Source: Candidatus Cloacimonadota bacterium
GTDB taxonomy: Bacteria > Cloacimonadota > Cloacimonadia > Cloacimonadales > JAOZMQ01
Direction: 5' to 3'
DNA: 32,510 bases
Assembly: GCA_029934195.1 (NCBI GenBank)
Contig: JAOZMQ010000002.1
Coordinates: forward strand, 1 to 32,510
Positions 1 to 9,074 of this stretch are shown piece after piece. The notes under the pieces are model-generated. The model was not told the DNA's origin. It did no database searches and saw only the letters and a list, made by a program, of their open reading frames with translations. Both the position numbers and the translations under genes were made by a program. The number at the start of each line of letters is the position of its first letter. Position 1 is the stretch's first letter.

Positions 1-331
1 GAAAAGAAACCGCAAAGGAAAACGAGTACGTTTTTAAAGGAAAACGAGTACAGTTCTGGAGAATGTGTACATTCCGAGAAGAGAAATTAAAATTCATCAT
101 TCATTTGTGTCTATGAGAAATCAATCAAGAGACTATTTTAAAAACTGGGGTCATTTTAAAATCTATGAGGTCAGGTGTTCTGAAGTTAGTTTTCGTTCAA
201 ATACTATAATAATACATCATAATTTTCACATTACAAAAGTTATGAATTTAATTTGTCTGTTCAAAAATTTATGTAGAATAAAATCTTGATTATCAATGTT
301 CAAACAAGATGCATTATATGGCTTTACAAAA

Positions 332-3300
332 CTATTTTAAAAAGAGCATTTTCATAATTTGTTCTTTTTTTTGTGTTTTAAATCTGCAAAAATATATTCC
401 GCTACTAACAAATTTTCCTTGATTATTTTTACCATTCCATTCTTTAATATATTTGTTTGGTAAATGTAATTCATTTATTATTTCTTTCACTATTTGACCT
501 TTGACATTGTAAATTGAAATATTTACATTTGTTCCTACACCTATTTCATATTGAATTTTTGTACCATTATTAAAAGGATTTGGAAAATTTCCAATTAATT
601 TTGTTTTATCTATTTGTGATGGAATTTTATGTTCTGGATTTATAATATTTGCTGTCGGGGGGAAAACAATAAAATCTATCCAACTACAATCTAATCCTTC
701 CACTGTCGAGCCATCTTTTACATATTTCCATTCCAAAGAATGTTCACCTTGTGAAATTGGAAATTCAAATTTTTCCCAATCAAGTTCTCCTGACCAACCG
801 GTAATAATGTTTTCATCAACAATAAATTGAAGTGAATCCCATTTTGCTTCACAAGATACTTTTCGATAAAACGATATTTTTCCTTCATTTATAACATTAA
901 TATCCAATTGTAAAGAAGAAGATTCATTATTACCAATACTTCCTGATTGAGCACAATAATTGTTTTCATAAGATAAAGAATCAATTACAGACCAAAAATT
1001 ATATCCATCATTTTGCCATAACAAATAAGCAAAATCTTCTTCAAAACCTTCTGTAATTAAACCAACAAAAGTTGTAAAAATATTATCCTTTGTATAATCT
1101 CCTGATTGTAAATTTAGATTAAAACTAACTTCTTCACCTGAAGTAAAATTTTCTGAAACCAAAATTGTGAATGAAACTACAATTTCTTCTCCAATAAAAA
1201 GAGATTGACAATTAATATTTCCTTCCGACACAGAAATTCTTTCATCATCAGAATTTAAAAAAACAGAAAAATCTAAAGAATTTACATGACCAATATTTTT
1301 GATAGGAAAATTCAATGTTACTGATTCACCGGAATCAAGCATATTATTAATATAAAGACCATTTTCGTCATTAATTATCATTTCATCAATGAATAATTTT
1401 GGAGCTTCAACTTCTAAAACAAAACTATCTTCCCAAACTTCATTTCCATCTGTAATAGATATATTGAATTCAATTTGATGCTGATCTGGAATATCATCAG
1501 TAATTAAAATTTTGAAAGCGTCTTCAAATAAAATCTCCTCCGATGGTAATACAGTTTGAGTTTCAAAATTACCATCAATAATATCAATAAAATTATCATT
1601 TTCAGAAAGAGATATTAAAAGATTTTCTCCTTTTATTGTACCGATATTCTCTAATTTTAATGAAATAAATGATTCTGAATTAAATCTTAAAATAGCATTT
1701 TCAGTTTGCGGAATTAATTCTCTAACAACAAAATAAGGTCCGGAATTTGGAATTAATGGAATTTCATCTGTATAAGTTTTTTTATTGAATCCGGATGCTG
1801 TTAAATCCAAAATAATGTCTTGTTCAGGTAAATTATCTAATTCTAAATTAATACTTCCGGATTCATTTGTATAACCGGAAGCATAAATTTCTCCATCATA
1901 ATTTAAAGAAATTAAAATATTTGGTGAATCTGTAATTATTTCCATTGTATCCATACCAAGAAATAATATTGGATCATATTCAATTGAAATATCTTCCGGA
2001 ATTGTTGTTCTGACCTGTAAAGACGGATCACCAAAAATAACCCAAGTTTTGAACATTTTTATACCATCAGAATTATATTTATCCATCATTTTTGCAGAAC
2101 CATTATAACATAAACCACCAAGAGTTGTCATTGAACCATTTGATGAATTTCCCATAAGTAAATCAATTATTTCATCTTGAGCAGCCATTGGTGGATCCCA
2201 ACTCTGATTGATTGTCGAACCATAAAATGCAATTGCTCCCGTTGAATTTCCATCTTCATTTTCTGCTCGTAACCAAGATTCAGCAAAACATGTATGACCA
2301 ACAAATGCACCATTCACACAAGCAACTGAAATAATAAACGGCAATTGATTTTCATTTTGTAAATTTGGAATATTATATAGAGAAAAACCTGTTGTAGTCC
2401 AAGAACTTTGAGTTCCATGTCCACAATAATTTATAAATGATCTTCCATTATTTATTGCTTCAGAAACCATATCAGCATTCGCACCGTTTGATTCATAAAT
2501 CTGGTCAACTTCCGAATAAGTAAAATTTAATAATTTATTACGGATAATTTCAATATGTTCAAAATCTGTTTCATTATTATCACCTTGTGTTGTACTTCCG
2601 GAGGCAATTCCTATTCCCTTTTTCAGCCAATCACCATCAACAAGGTCTCTTTCATAGAAAATTACTTTTTCAACTTGATTTTCAATTTCATCAATATTCT
2701 CTGCTGAAAATCTCCCAATAAAAATATCAGGATAAGAATCAAGACCTTCCACCAAAGAATAAGCAGCATCGGAATCTCCTTCATCGTAATAAGCCGGAAC
2801 TTCATCACTATCACCTACAAGAAGAACATAAGTTAATTGATTATCAGAATCATATTCTGCTTTAATAAAATTCTTTATCTCCTCTGCCCCACCAATATCA
2901 TTGACATTATAAATTTCTACAGGAATACCTTTTTTTGTTTTCCATTCCATAAAAGATTGCATTGAATTCATAAAATCCGGATATGAAATAATTAGCATTT
3001 TTCCTGCACGTTCATCAATTGTTTCATAACGAGATGGATTGAAATTATAATTCAAAAATTGATTTTCATAAATATAAGAAAATGCAGGGTTTATTTTTTG
3101 AGATTTTTTAATTTTAATATTTTTATTTTTTTTTTCACTATTTATTATTTCAATTTTTGCCGAATAAATAACTCTTAATTTTTTATTTATATTGTTATAA
3201 ATGAATTGAAAAAAATTAACCGTAACAGCACGAAAATCTCTCATAATATATGGTTCTGATATAGTCACATTTTCAGTCGGATATAATTCATTTTTCTGAT

Positions 3301-3703
3301 AAATATTATTAAAAATAAAAGGTATTGAGTCCGGGTCAATATTCCTTTCAATATGCCCTTTTGAAGGAATAACCGAGATATTTAAATCTACATATTGTAT
3401 TTCTGATAGCTTAACAAAAACATCTTTTTCATTATCAATAATGATACTTCTCGATATTTTTGGTAATTCTGGATATCCTTTTTTATAAGTATGAGCTTCA
3501 TTTTCTAAAAATATTTTATTAAATATTTCATCATTAATTCTAATTTTTTGTTTTTCAAAATTTCCAATTTTATATTGAATTATTGTTGAATAATCATTAC
3601 TTGAAATCACTGAAACTGAAAAATCATTATTTGATACTTTTATAATTTCTCCGTTTAAATTTAAACAAATTATTAAAATAATTGTAAATATAATATATTT
3701 CAT
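332..3703 (-). CDS. Secreted multidomain cysteine peptidase, family C25 (gingipain-like), with a C-terminal T9SS type-A sorting domain
   Basis: 1123-aa ORF with an N-terminal signal peptide (MKYIIFTIILIICLNLNG). C25-type catalytic His and Cys contexts are present (NYCGHGTQSSW and FIISVACVNGAF), preceded by LLVGDSDEVP. The C-terminal tail FPNPFNNGTKIQYEI...SGIYFCRFKT is typical of Por/T9SS sorting domains. A GGAG Shine-Dalgarno lies a few nt upstream of the ATG. Confidence 0.85.
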   Translation of the reverse strand: MKYIIFTIILIICLNLNGEIIKVSNNDFSVSVISSNDYSTIIQYKIGNFEKQKIRINDEIFNKIFLENEAHTYKKGYPELPKISRSIIIDNEKDVFVKLSEIQYVDLNISVIPSKGHIERNIDPDSIPFIFNNIYQKNELYPTENVTISEPYIMRDFRAVTVNFFQFIYNNINKKLRVIYSAKIEIINSEKKNKNIKIKKSQKINPAFSYIYENQFLNYNFNPSRYETIDERAGKMLIISYPDFMNSMQSFMEWKTKKGIPVEIYNVNDIGGAEEIKNFIKAEYDSDNQLTYVLLVGDSDEVPAYYDEGDSDAAYSLVEGLDSYPDIFIGRFSAENIDEIENQVEKVIFYERDLVDGDWLKKGIGIASGSTTQGDNNETDFEHIEIIRNKLLNFTYSEVDQIYESNGANADMVSEAINNGRSFINYCGHGTQSSWTTTGFSLYNIPNLQNENQLPFIISVACVNGAFVGHTCFAESWLRAENEDGNSTGAIAFYGSTINQSWDPPMAAQDEIIDLLMGNSSNGSMTTLGGLCYNGSAKMMDKYNSDGIKMFKTWVIFGDPSLQVRTTIPEDISIEYDPILFLGMDTMEIITDSPNILISLNYDGEIYASGYTNESGSINLELDNLPEQDIILDLTASGFNKKTYTDEIPLIPNSGPYFVVRELIPQTENAILRFNSESFISLKLENIGTIKGENLLISLSENDNFIDIIDGNFETQTVLPSEEILFEDAFKILITDDIPDQHQIEFNISITDGNEVWEDSFVLEVEAPKLFIDEMIINDENGLYINNMLDSGESVTLNFPIKNIGHVNSLDFSVFLNSDDERISVSEGNINCQSLFIGEEIVVSFTILVSENFTSGEEVSFNLNLQSGDYTKDNIFTTFVGLITEGFEEDFAYLLWQNDGYNFWSVIDSLSYENNYCAQSGSIGNNESSSLQLDINVINEGKISFYRKVSCEAKWDSLQFIVDENIITGWSGELDWEKFEFPISQGEHSLEWKYVKDGSTVEGLDCSWIDFIVFPPTANIINPEHKIPSQIDKTKLIGNFPNPFNNGTKIQYEIGVGTNVNISIYNVKGQIVKEIINELHLPNKYIKEWNGKNNQGKFVSSGIYFCRFKTQKKEQIMKMLFLK

Positions 3704-3735
3704 TTAATCTCCAATTTATATATTTTTTTAAACCA

Positions 3736-4809
3736 TTAAATATGATTGAGAATTTTAATAATATTTTCTTGGTTTTCCATTTTAAACTCAATTCCAATTA
3801 CTATTAGAGGTAGATTTTTATTCTGAATATGTTTTAATTTTGTAAAATCTTTTTCTGTTGTTAAGAGAAAATCAATCTTATTTCTATTGAGATATTTTTC
3901 AATTTCTTTAAATAATTTTTGATCTTTAAAATCAAAATGATCCGGTAATCTAAAATGTCTGTTAAATTGGCAAATATTGTTTTCAATCATTAATTCAAAA
4001 GATTTTGGAAATCCAATTCCGGAAAGAAGACAAATTTTACTTTTTTTCAAATCTTCAATTAAAATTTCTTTACCTTTTTCATTATAAATTCTTGCAATTA
4101 TATATTTTCCAGTGATTTTTATATTTGAGTATTTTTCCAATTCAGAAATGTTTCCATCACCATTGATTACAAAAATATCTTTTTTATTAAGAGAAAATAA
4201 TGGTTCTCTTAAAATTCCAGAAGGTAAAACAAAACCATTTCCAATTCCTCCAATTGTATTGAATACAACAAAATCAAAATCATGAATAATTTTAAGGTGT
4301 TGATATGAATCATCAAGAATAACAAAATCCAGATTTGGAAATTTTTCATCAAGAATTGCGAGAGATTTTTTTCTATTTTTTCCAACAATAACAGGAACAC
4401 TTTTTAATTTTTCTGCCAATAAATATGCTTCATCACCGGATTCTTTTGCAAAAGAAAATATTTCATTTCTGTTTGAAATTAACTTGTTCTCATTTTCAAA
4501 TTTTCCTTTATATCCTCGATGACTAATAGCAACTTTTAAACCCATATTTAATAGATGTTTTGTTAAAAAAATTGTAAAAGGAGTTTTTCCACTTCCTCCA
4601 CTTACAATATTTCCAATACAAATTGTTTTAAAATTACCTATTTTTTGTGGAGAATTTATTTTGTAATAAAGTCTATGTAATAATTGAATACATAAATATA
4701 TTGTAGAAAAAGGTAATAAAATATAAGAAATAATGGATTTTTTATAGAGATTTTTTTCAATAAAACTTTGTAAATTCTTCACAAAACAACAACTATAATA
4801 TAAAACCAA
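3736..4809 (-). CDS. lpxK: Tetraacyldisaccharide 4'-kinase (lipid A biosynthesis)
   Basis: 357-aa ORF with an N-terminal membrane helix followed by the LpxK-type P-loop GNIVSGGSGKTPFTIFL. Length is typical of the family. The ORF-track start is a TTG, so the true start is uncertain by a few codons. Confidence 0.85.
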   Translation of the reverse strand: MVLYYSCCFVKNLQSFIEKNLYKKSIISYILLPFSTIYLCIQLLHRLYYKINSPQKIGNFKTICIGNIVSGGSGKTPFTIFLTKHLLNMGLKVAISHRGYKGKFENENKLISNRNEIFSFAKESGDEAYLLAEKLKSVPVIVGKNRKKSLAILDEKFPNLDFVILDDSYQHLKIIHDFDFVVFNTIGGIGNGFVLPSGILREPLFSLNKKDIFVINGDGNISELEKYSNIKITGKYIIARIYNEKGKEILIEDLKKSKICLLSGIGFPKSFELMIENNICQFNRHFRLPDHFDFKDQKLFKEIEKYLNRNKIDFLLTTEKDFTKLKHIQNKNLPLIVIGIEFKMENQENIIKILNHI

Positions 4810-4829
4810 AAAAAATTCAATTGCAATAT

Positions 4830-5327
4830 CTATTTATTTTGATTAGAAATTATATTTCCTTCAGAATCAAAAGTTAAAGAAGAAATTTTATTACCATTTT
4901 TGTAATTTTCTTCATAAAGTTTAATTCCATCTTCATTATAAGCTGTACATAAACCATGCAAAACACCTTCTTTATAAGATTCTACTAACTTAATAGAACC
5001 ACTTTCATAAAACCAACGTGTTTCACCATCTTGAATACCTTTTTTATAATTTAATTCAGCTGCAAGAGCTTCATTTTCATAAAACCATTTTGAAATACCA
5101 TCTTGTTTATCATCTATATAATTTACTACCTGCCATAATGTTCCGTTTTCATAATACGATTTAAAAAGTCCATTTTTATTATCATCTTTAAAATCTATTT
5201 CAGCTTCAATTGTTCCATCTTCATAATACCAGGTTGTAATTCCATTTCTTTTTCCATCTACAAAAATTTCAAGAATTTTGAGTTTTTTAGATTGATAATA
5301 CTTTTTTCTAATTTCTTTAGGTTTCAT
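4830..5327 (-). CDS. MORN-repeat-variant protein (YwqK family)
   Basis: 165 aa built from repeated units of about 23 aa of the form W(Y/F)YE(D/N/S)G..... (WYYEDGTIEAE, KSYYENGTLWQV, KWFYENEALAAE, RWFYESGSIKLV, TAYNEDGIKLYE), as in MORN_2/YwqK proteins. Confidence 0.7.
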   Translation of the reverse strand: MKPKEIRKKYYQSKKLKILEIFVDGKRNGITTWYYEDGTIEAEIDFKDDNKNGLFKSYYENGTLWQVVNYIDDKQDGISKWFYENEALAAELNYKKGIQDGETRWFYESGSIKLVESYKEGVLHGLCTAYNEDGIKLYEENYKNGNKISSLTFDSEGNIISNQNK

Positions 5328-5351
5328 ATATTCTCCATTTTGTATAGAAAA

Positions 5352-5858
5352 TTAAAATTCAATACCTTTTCTTGCATTTAATCCTTTTTCAAAATAATGT
5401 TTTATTTCTAACATTTCTGTAACTAAATCAGCTTTTTCGATAACATTTGAATTTGCATATCTTCCGGTCATTACAATTTCGGAATCTGTTTCAATATCCA
5501 TTAATGCCAATTGTAAGTCCACTGGAATTAAATTCCATTTTACGGCAACATTAATTTCATCAATAATAATCAATTGATATTTTCCGGATTTTATTGATTC
5601 TTCTGCTTTAATAACAGCATCTTCAGCTTCTGTAATATCTATTTCATCAGGATTATTAGGATCAACTAATTTATCAGTTCCAAATTGAAAAATATCAAGA
5701 TTTTCTTGTTTTTTTAAAAATTTTATTTCTCCGTATGAATAATTTTTTTTCATTAATTGAATTAAGCATACTTTCCATTCTCTCCCGAGAGCACGAATAA
5801 TTAATCCTAAAGCCGCTGTAGTTTTACCTTTTCCATTACCTGTATAAATCTGTATCAT
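5352..5858 (-). CDS. cobO: Cob(I)yrinic acid a,c-diamide (cob(I)alamin) adenosyltransferase, CobO/BtuR type
   Basis: 168 aa. The N-terminus MIQIYTGNGKGKTTAALGLIIRALG matches the CobA/CobO/BtuR P-loop signature, and IIDEINVAV is Walker-B-like. Length is typical. Confidence 0.85.
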   Translation of the reverse strand: MIQIYTGNGKGKTTAALGLIIRALGREWKVCLIQLMKKNYSYGEIKFLKKQENLDIFQFGTDKLVDPNNPDEIDITEAEDAVIKAEESIKSGKYQLIIIDEINVAVKWNLIPVDLQLALMDIETDSEIVMTGRYANSNVIEKADLVTEMLEIKHYFEKGLNARKGIEF

Positions 5859-5930
5859 ATAACCATCCAGTTTTGTACGATTAATGAATCATTATTTATT
5901 TGTCAATTTCTTATTAAAACTTTTTAAAAT

Positions 5931-6713
5931 CTACGATTCTTTATTAAGATTATTAACTAAAACCGTATCCAAAGCAATTTTTATTTTTTTTGAATTTACT
6001 CTTGTGTTCACACAAGGACCTTCGGGTCTTTCGTTCAAAACACCATAAACAGGAATTGGAAAAACATCCTGAATTCCATCAACTAAATCACGTTGGCAAG
6101 CAACAGCTATAATGAATTTTGGTCTAATCTTTACAATTATTCTTCGTGCTAATGTACCTCCAGTGGCAATAGCAAGATGAACTTTATATTCAATAGCTAT
6201 ATTTTTTAGATCTCCAATATCACATTTACCACAATTTTTACAATTCATATAATTATTGGTAATTCTAATTTCACAATTGTTATTTTGTAAACAATGAGGT
6301 AATAAAATGAGTACTTCGGAAGGCTTAAACATACTATTTATTGTGTTTACAAATGCATTATTTACATGAACAAAAGATTCACGAATTCTATCTTTTGAAA
6401 TTCCAACAAAACGACCCCAAAAAATTGAAATAGGAAAAATAAAATTAATAGATAATCTAACAGCAAATTTTGAAATTAAAAAATTCCTTTCAAGATAACA
6501 TGTCATTAACACTAAAACAATTCCAGTAATTACAATTAAATAAAAACCTCTCAAGCCGTTTAATGCAATCTGTGCAAAAATTCCATTTATTTCATGTAAT
6601 CTTGGAGAAATAAACCACCACAAAACCGTAGTAACAGCCATAATTAAAATCAGACTGATAGTTGCCATTGTGAGAAAAAGTCCTTTTCCTTCTGTATTTA
6701 TTTCGAACTTCAT
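5931..6713 (-). CDS. DUF116-family Cys-rich integral membrane protein
   Basis: 260 aa. There are about 3 N-terminal TM helices, then LLPHCLQNNNCEIRITNNYMNCKNCGKCDIGDL and IIAVACQRDLVDGI, which is the conserved cysteine pattern of DUF116. The ATG lies 1 nt after the fmt stop codon. Confidence 0.7.
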   Translation of the reverse strand: MKFEINTEGKGLFLTMATISLILIMAVTTVLWWFISPRLHEINGIFAQIALNGLRGFYLIVITGIVLVLMTCYLERNFLISKFAVRLSINFIFPISIFWGRFVGISKDRIRESFVHVNNAFVNTINSMFKPSEVLILLPHCLQNNNCEIRITNNYMNCKNCGKCDIGDLKNIAIEYKVHLAIATGGTLARRIIVKIRPKFIIAVACQRDLVDGIQDVFPIPVYGVLNERPEGPCVNTRVNSKKIKIALDTVLVNNLNKES

Positions 6714-6714
6714 T

Positions 6715-7644
6715 TTATTTTACTCCGAAAACATCCCCTTTTTTTAATCGTGCTCCAAGATTAAATGCATATGCTGACATAATTTTTTTTCCAGCAGGTT
6801 GAACTTTTGTTATTAATAGAAATTTATCTTTTGTTGATATTTTAATTCCAACATTTTTTATAATTTCGATAATTTCACCTGTTATAGAATTTTTATCAAC
6901 TTCTTCATTAATAATTTTACTTTCAATAATTTTTAATAATTTATTATTAATAGATGTTTTTGCTCCGGGAACTTCTGATAATCCTCTAATTTTATTATGG
7001 ATTTCATAAGCAGAAGCATTCCAATTTATTTCAAAATCTTTTTTTTCTAATTTTATAGTAAAACTTGCTTTTTCATGTTCTTGTTTTGTTAATAAAAAAT
7101 TTCCAGATTCAATATTTTTTATTACTTTTAAGATATCCTCTGCCCCAGTTTTTGACAATCTATTGTAGAGATGAGTATAAGATTCGTTTTCTTCAATACT
7201 AATCTTGTTTTGATATAAAATTGGACCTGCATCCATTTTTGCTACAATTTTAAAAATGGTTATTCCTGTAGTTTTATCTCCATTAAATAGAGAATAATTC
7301 ATTGGACAAGAACCTCTATATTTTGGTAAAAGTGATGGATGAAGATTAATACAACCATAAGATGGCATTTTTCTAATTTGTCTTCCTAAATAACCACCAT
7401 ACGCCACCGTAATTATTAAATCTGAATTATATGATTCAATTTTTTTTAATATTTCTTGATTGTTAATATTTTCAGGCTGGAAAACTTCTATTCCAAGTTC
7501 AATTGCTTTTGCTTTTACTTCAGTTGGTAATAATTTTTTTTTACGCCCCTTTGGTTTATCCGGTTGAGTAATAACCAAAACCGGTTTATATCTCGTTTGT
7601 GATAATAACTCAAGAGTGGGAACTGCAAATTGAGGAGTTCCCAT
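6715..7644 (-). CDS. fmt: Methionyl-tRNA formyltransferase
   Basis: 309 aa from the first ATG. Motifs include GTPQFAVPTLELL, CINLHPSLLPKYRG and a C-terminal Fmt beta-barrel region. The reading frame stays open upstream (..LKNIIF before MGTP), so the real start is probably a non-ATG codon at 7650-7662 (see findings). Confidence 0.9.
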   Translation of the reverse strand: MGTPQFAVPTLELLSQTRYKPVLVITQPDKPKGRKKKLLPTEVKAKAIELGIEVFQPENINNQEILKKIESYNSDLIITVAYGGYLGRQIRKMPSYGCINLHPSLLPKYRGSCPMNYSLFNGDKTTGITIFKIVAKMDAGPILYQNKISIEENESYTHLYNRLSKTGAEDILKVIKNIESGNFLLTKQEHEKASFTIKLEKKDFEINWNASAYEIHNKIRGLSEVPGAKTSINNKLLKIIESKIINEEVDKNSITGEIIEIIKNVGIKISTKDKFLLITKVQPAGKKIMSAYAFNLGARLKKGDVFGVK

Positions 7645-7658
7645 AAAAATTATATTTT

Positions 7659-8234
7659 TCAGTTTAAGACCTCTCTAATATTTTCACCTTTATTGTTAGT
7701 TTGTTCTTTAATTTCTCTAATTTTTCTTTTCCAAGGAATAAGACGAATTTTAGAGACTCTATCAATAAAAAGAATACCATCAATATGATCATTTTCATGT
7801 TGAATAGCTCTTGCTTCAAAACCTTCAGCTTTATAAGTAAAAATTTTTCCAGTAATATCAGTAGCTTCAATTACAATATAATCTGGACGTTTCACTTTTT
7901 CATAAATTTCAGGTAAACTAAGACATCCTTCATTTTCAATTTCAGTATCATTAGATAATTCAATTACTTTAGGATTTATGAAAACTTGTGCATTTTTTTT
8001 TGCACCCTCATTAGTCCATTCAGTATCAACAATAAATAATCTTAACGAACTACCAACTTGTGGAGCAGCAAGTCCAACACCATCAGTTTCGTACATTGTG
8101 AATTTCATATCTTCAATAAATGTGAGTAATTCATCAGTAATTTCACCAACATTTATTGATTTTTGACGCAAAATAATATCACCAACTAATCTGATTGGAA
8201 GTAAATTATTACTTTTTTTCTTCCTTGATTTCAT
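7659..8234 (-). CDS. def: Peptide deformylase
   Basis: 191 aa carrying the three canonical Def motifs: GVGLAAPQVG, EGCLSLP and QHENDHIDG. It ends in TGA and overlaps the yajC 3' end by 26 nt. Confidence 0.9.
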   Translation of the reverse strand: MKSRKKKSNNLLPIRLVGDIILRQKSINVGEITDELLTFIEDMKFTMYETDGVGLAAPQVGSSLRLFIVDTEWTNEGAKKNAQVFINPKVIELSNDTEIENEGCLSLPEIYEKVKRPDYIVIEATDITGKIFTYKAEGFEARAIQHENDHIDGILFIDRVSKIRLIPWKRKIREIKEQTNNKGENIREVLN

Positions 8235-8535
8235 TTAATACTCCAACAATAGCTTGTCTTTGAAATTCCATTTTTACATTATCATCTACTTTTACAACAA
8301 CTGTGTTTCTTTCTTTTTTGAAGTTTGCAATTTTACCAACAATACCAGCAGCAGTTACAACTTCGTCATGAATTTTTAGATTTTCCAACATTTTCTGTGT
8401 TTCTTTTTGCTTTTTTTGTTGAGGTCTAATCATTAAAAAGTACAAAATTCCAAACATTGCAACTATTGGTAAAATACTCATTATTGGATTACCTTTAGCT
8501 GTTGTTGCACCAGCTTCCATTATAATATTAAACAT
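8209..8535 (-). CDS. yajC: Preprotein translocase subunit YajC
   Basis: 108 aa. A single TM helix is followed by FLMIRPQQKKQKE and the VVTAAGIVGKI motif typical of YajC. Confidence 0.8.
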   Translation of the reverse strand: MFNIIMEAGATTAKGNPIMSILPIVAMFGILYFLMIRPQQKKQKETQKMLENLKIHDEVVTAAGIVGKIANFKKERNTVVVKVDDNVKMEFQRQAIVGVLNEIKEEKK

Positions 8536-8545
8536 TAATAACTCC

Positions 8546-9019
8546 TTAATTATATTTTATTTTAAATAAATACCATAATATTTGTAGAATAAGATTTGTA
8601 AAAATTCCAGCCACAATATCGTCAAGCATTATTCCCCAACCAGATGGCAGATTTTGAACCTTATCTATAATCCACGGCTTTTTTATATCAAAAAAACGAA
8701 ATAATAAAAATGCAGAAATCATGAAAATAATATGTTTTGGTAAAAAAATTATTGAAAAAAAGTAACCTACAAATTCATCAATTACAATTTTCCCATTATC
8801 ATGACCAAGAATTTTTTCTGATTCAGAAGTAAAATAAACAGACAATAGAGAAAGAGCAATTATTGCAAAAAATAAAACAATCATTCCTTGCAACGAAAAA
8901 AAATAATTTGGTAATACAAAATATATTAACATTGCAAAAGCAGTACCAGCTGTTCCGGGAGCTTTTGGAAAGTAACCAACTCCAAAAACAGTTGACAACC
9001 AAACAAATTTTTTTAACAT
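8546..9019 (-). CDS. pgpA: Phosphatidylglycerophosphatase A
   Basis: 157-aa polytopic membrane protein with the PgpA signature GVGYFPKAPGTAGT near the N-terminus and a DD-containing C-terminal helix (MLDDIVAG). Confidence 0.8.
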   Translation of the reverse strand: MLKKFVWLSTVFGVGYFPKAPGTAGTAFAMLIYFVLPNYFFSLQGMIVLFFAIIALSLLSVYFTSESEKILGHDNGKIVIDEFVGYFFSIIFLPKHIIFMISAFLLFRFFDIKKPWIIDKVQNLPSGWGIMLDDIVAGIFTNLILQILWYLFKIKYN

Positions 9020-9074
9020 TTTTTCCTCAATTTTGAAACATTTTTTATTATCATTTTAAAGCAATTATCTCTTT

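Noticed and set aside
1-90. Frame-1 reading frame open from the window edge to the TAA at 88-90 (..EKKPQRKTSTFLKENEYSSGECVHSEKRN), a possible 3' end of a truncated CDS
   Set aside because: Only 29 codons are visible with no identifiable family. The 16-nt repeat inside it has a period that is not a multiple of 3. A CDS call cannot be supported, so it is noted only under the edge-repeat finding.
65-289. 74-aa plus-strand ORF from the six-frame track
   Set aside because: It has a GTG start and no SD. Its composition is typical of translated AT-rich non-coding DNA, with no recognisable motif. It lies in the 3' flank of the C25 peptidase gene. I treat it as non-coding.
4830-5327. YwqK-like MORN protein as the antitoxin/immunity half of a toxin system
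   Set aside because: No LXG, polymorphic-toxin or other toxin-like gene is adjacent. The neighbours are cobO and lpxK, in a housekeeping co-directional array. MORN-variant repeats alone are not evidence of an immunity function.
5859-5930. Cobalamin riboswitch upstream of cobO
   Set aside because: The spacer is only 72 nt and AT-rich, far shorter than a cobalamin riboswitch. No B12-box-like sequence is visible.
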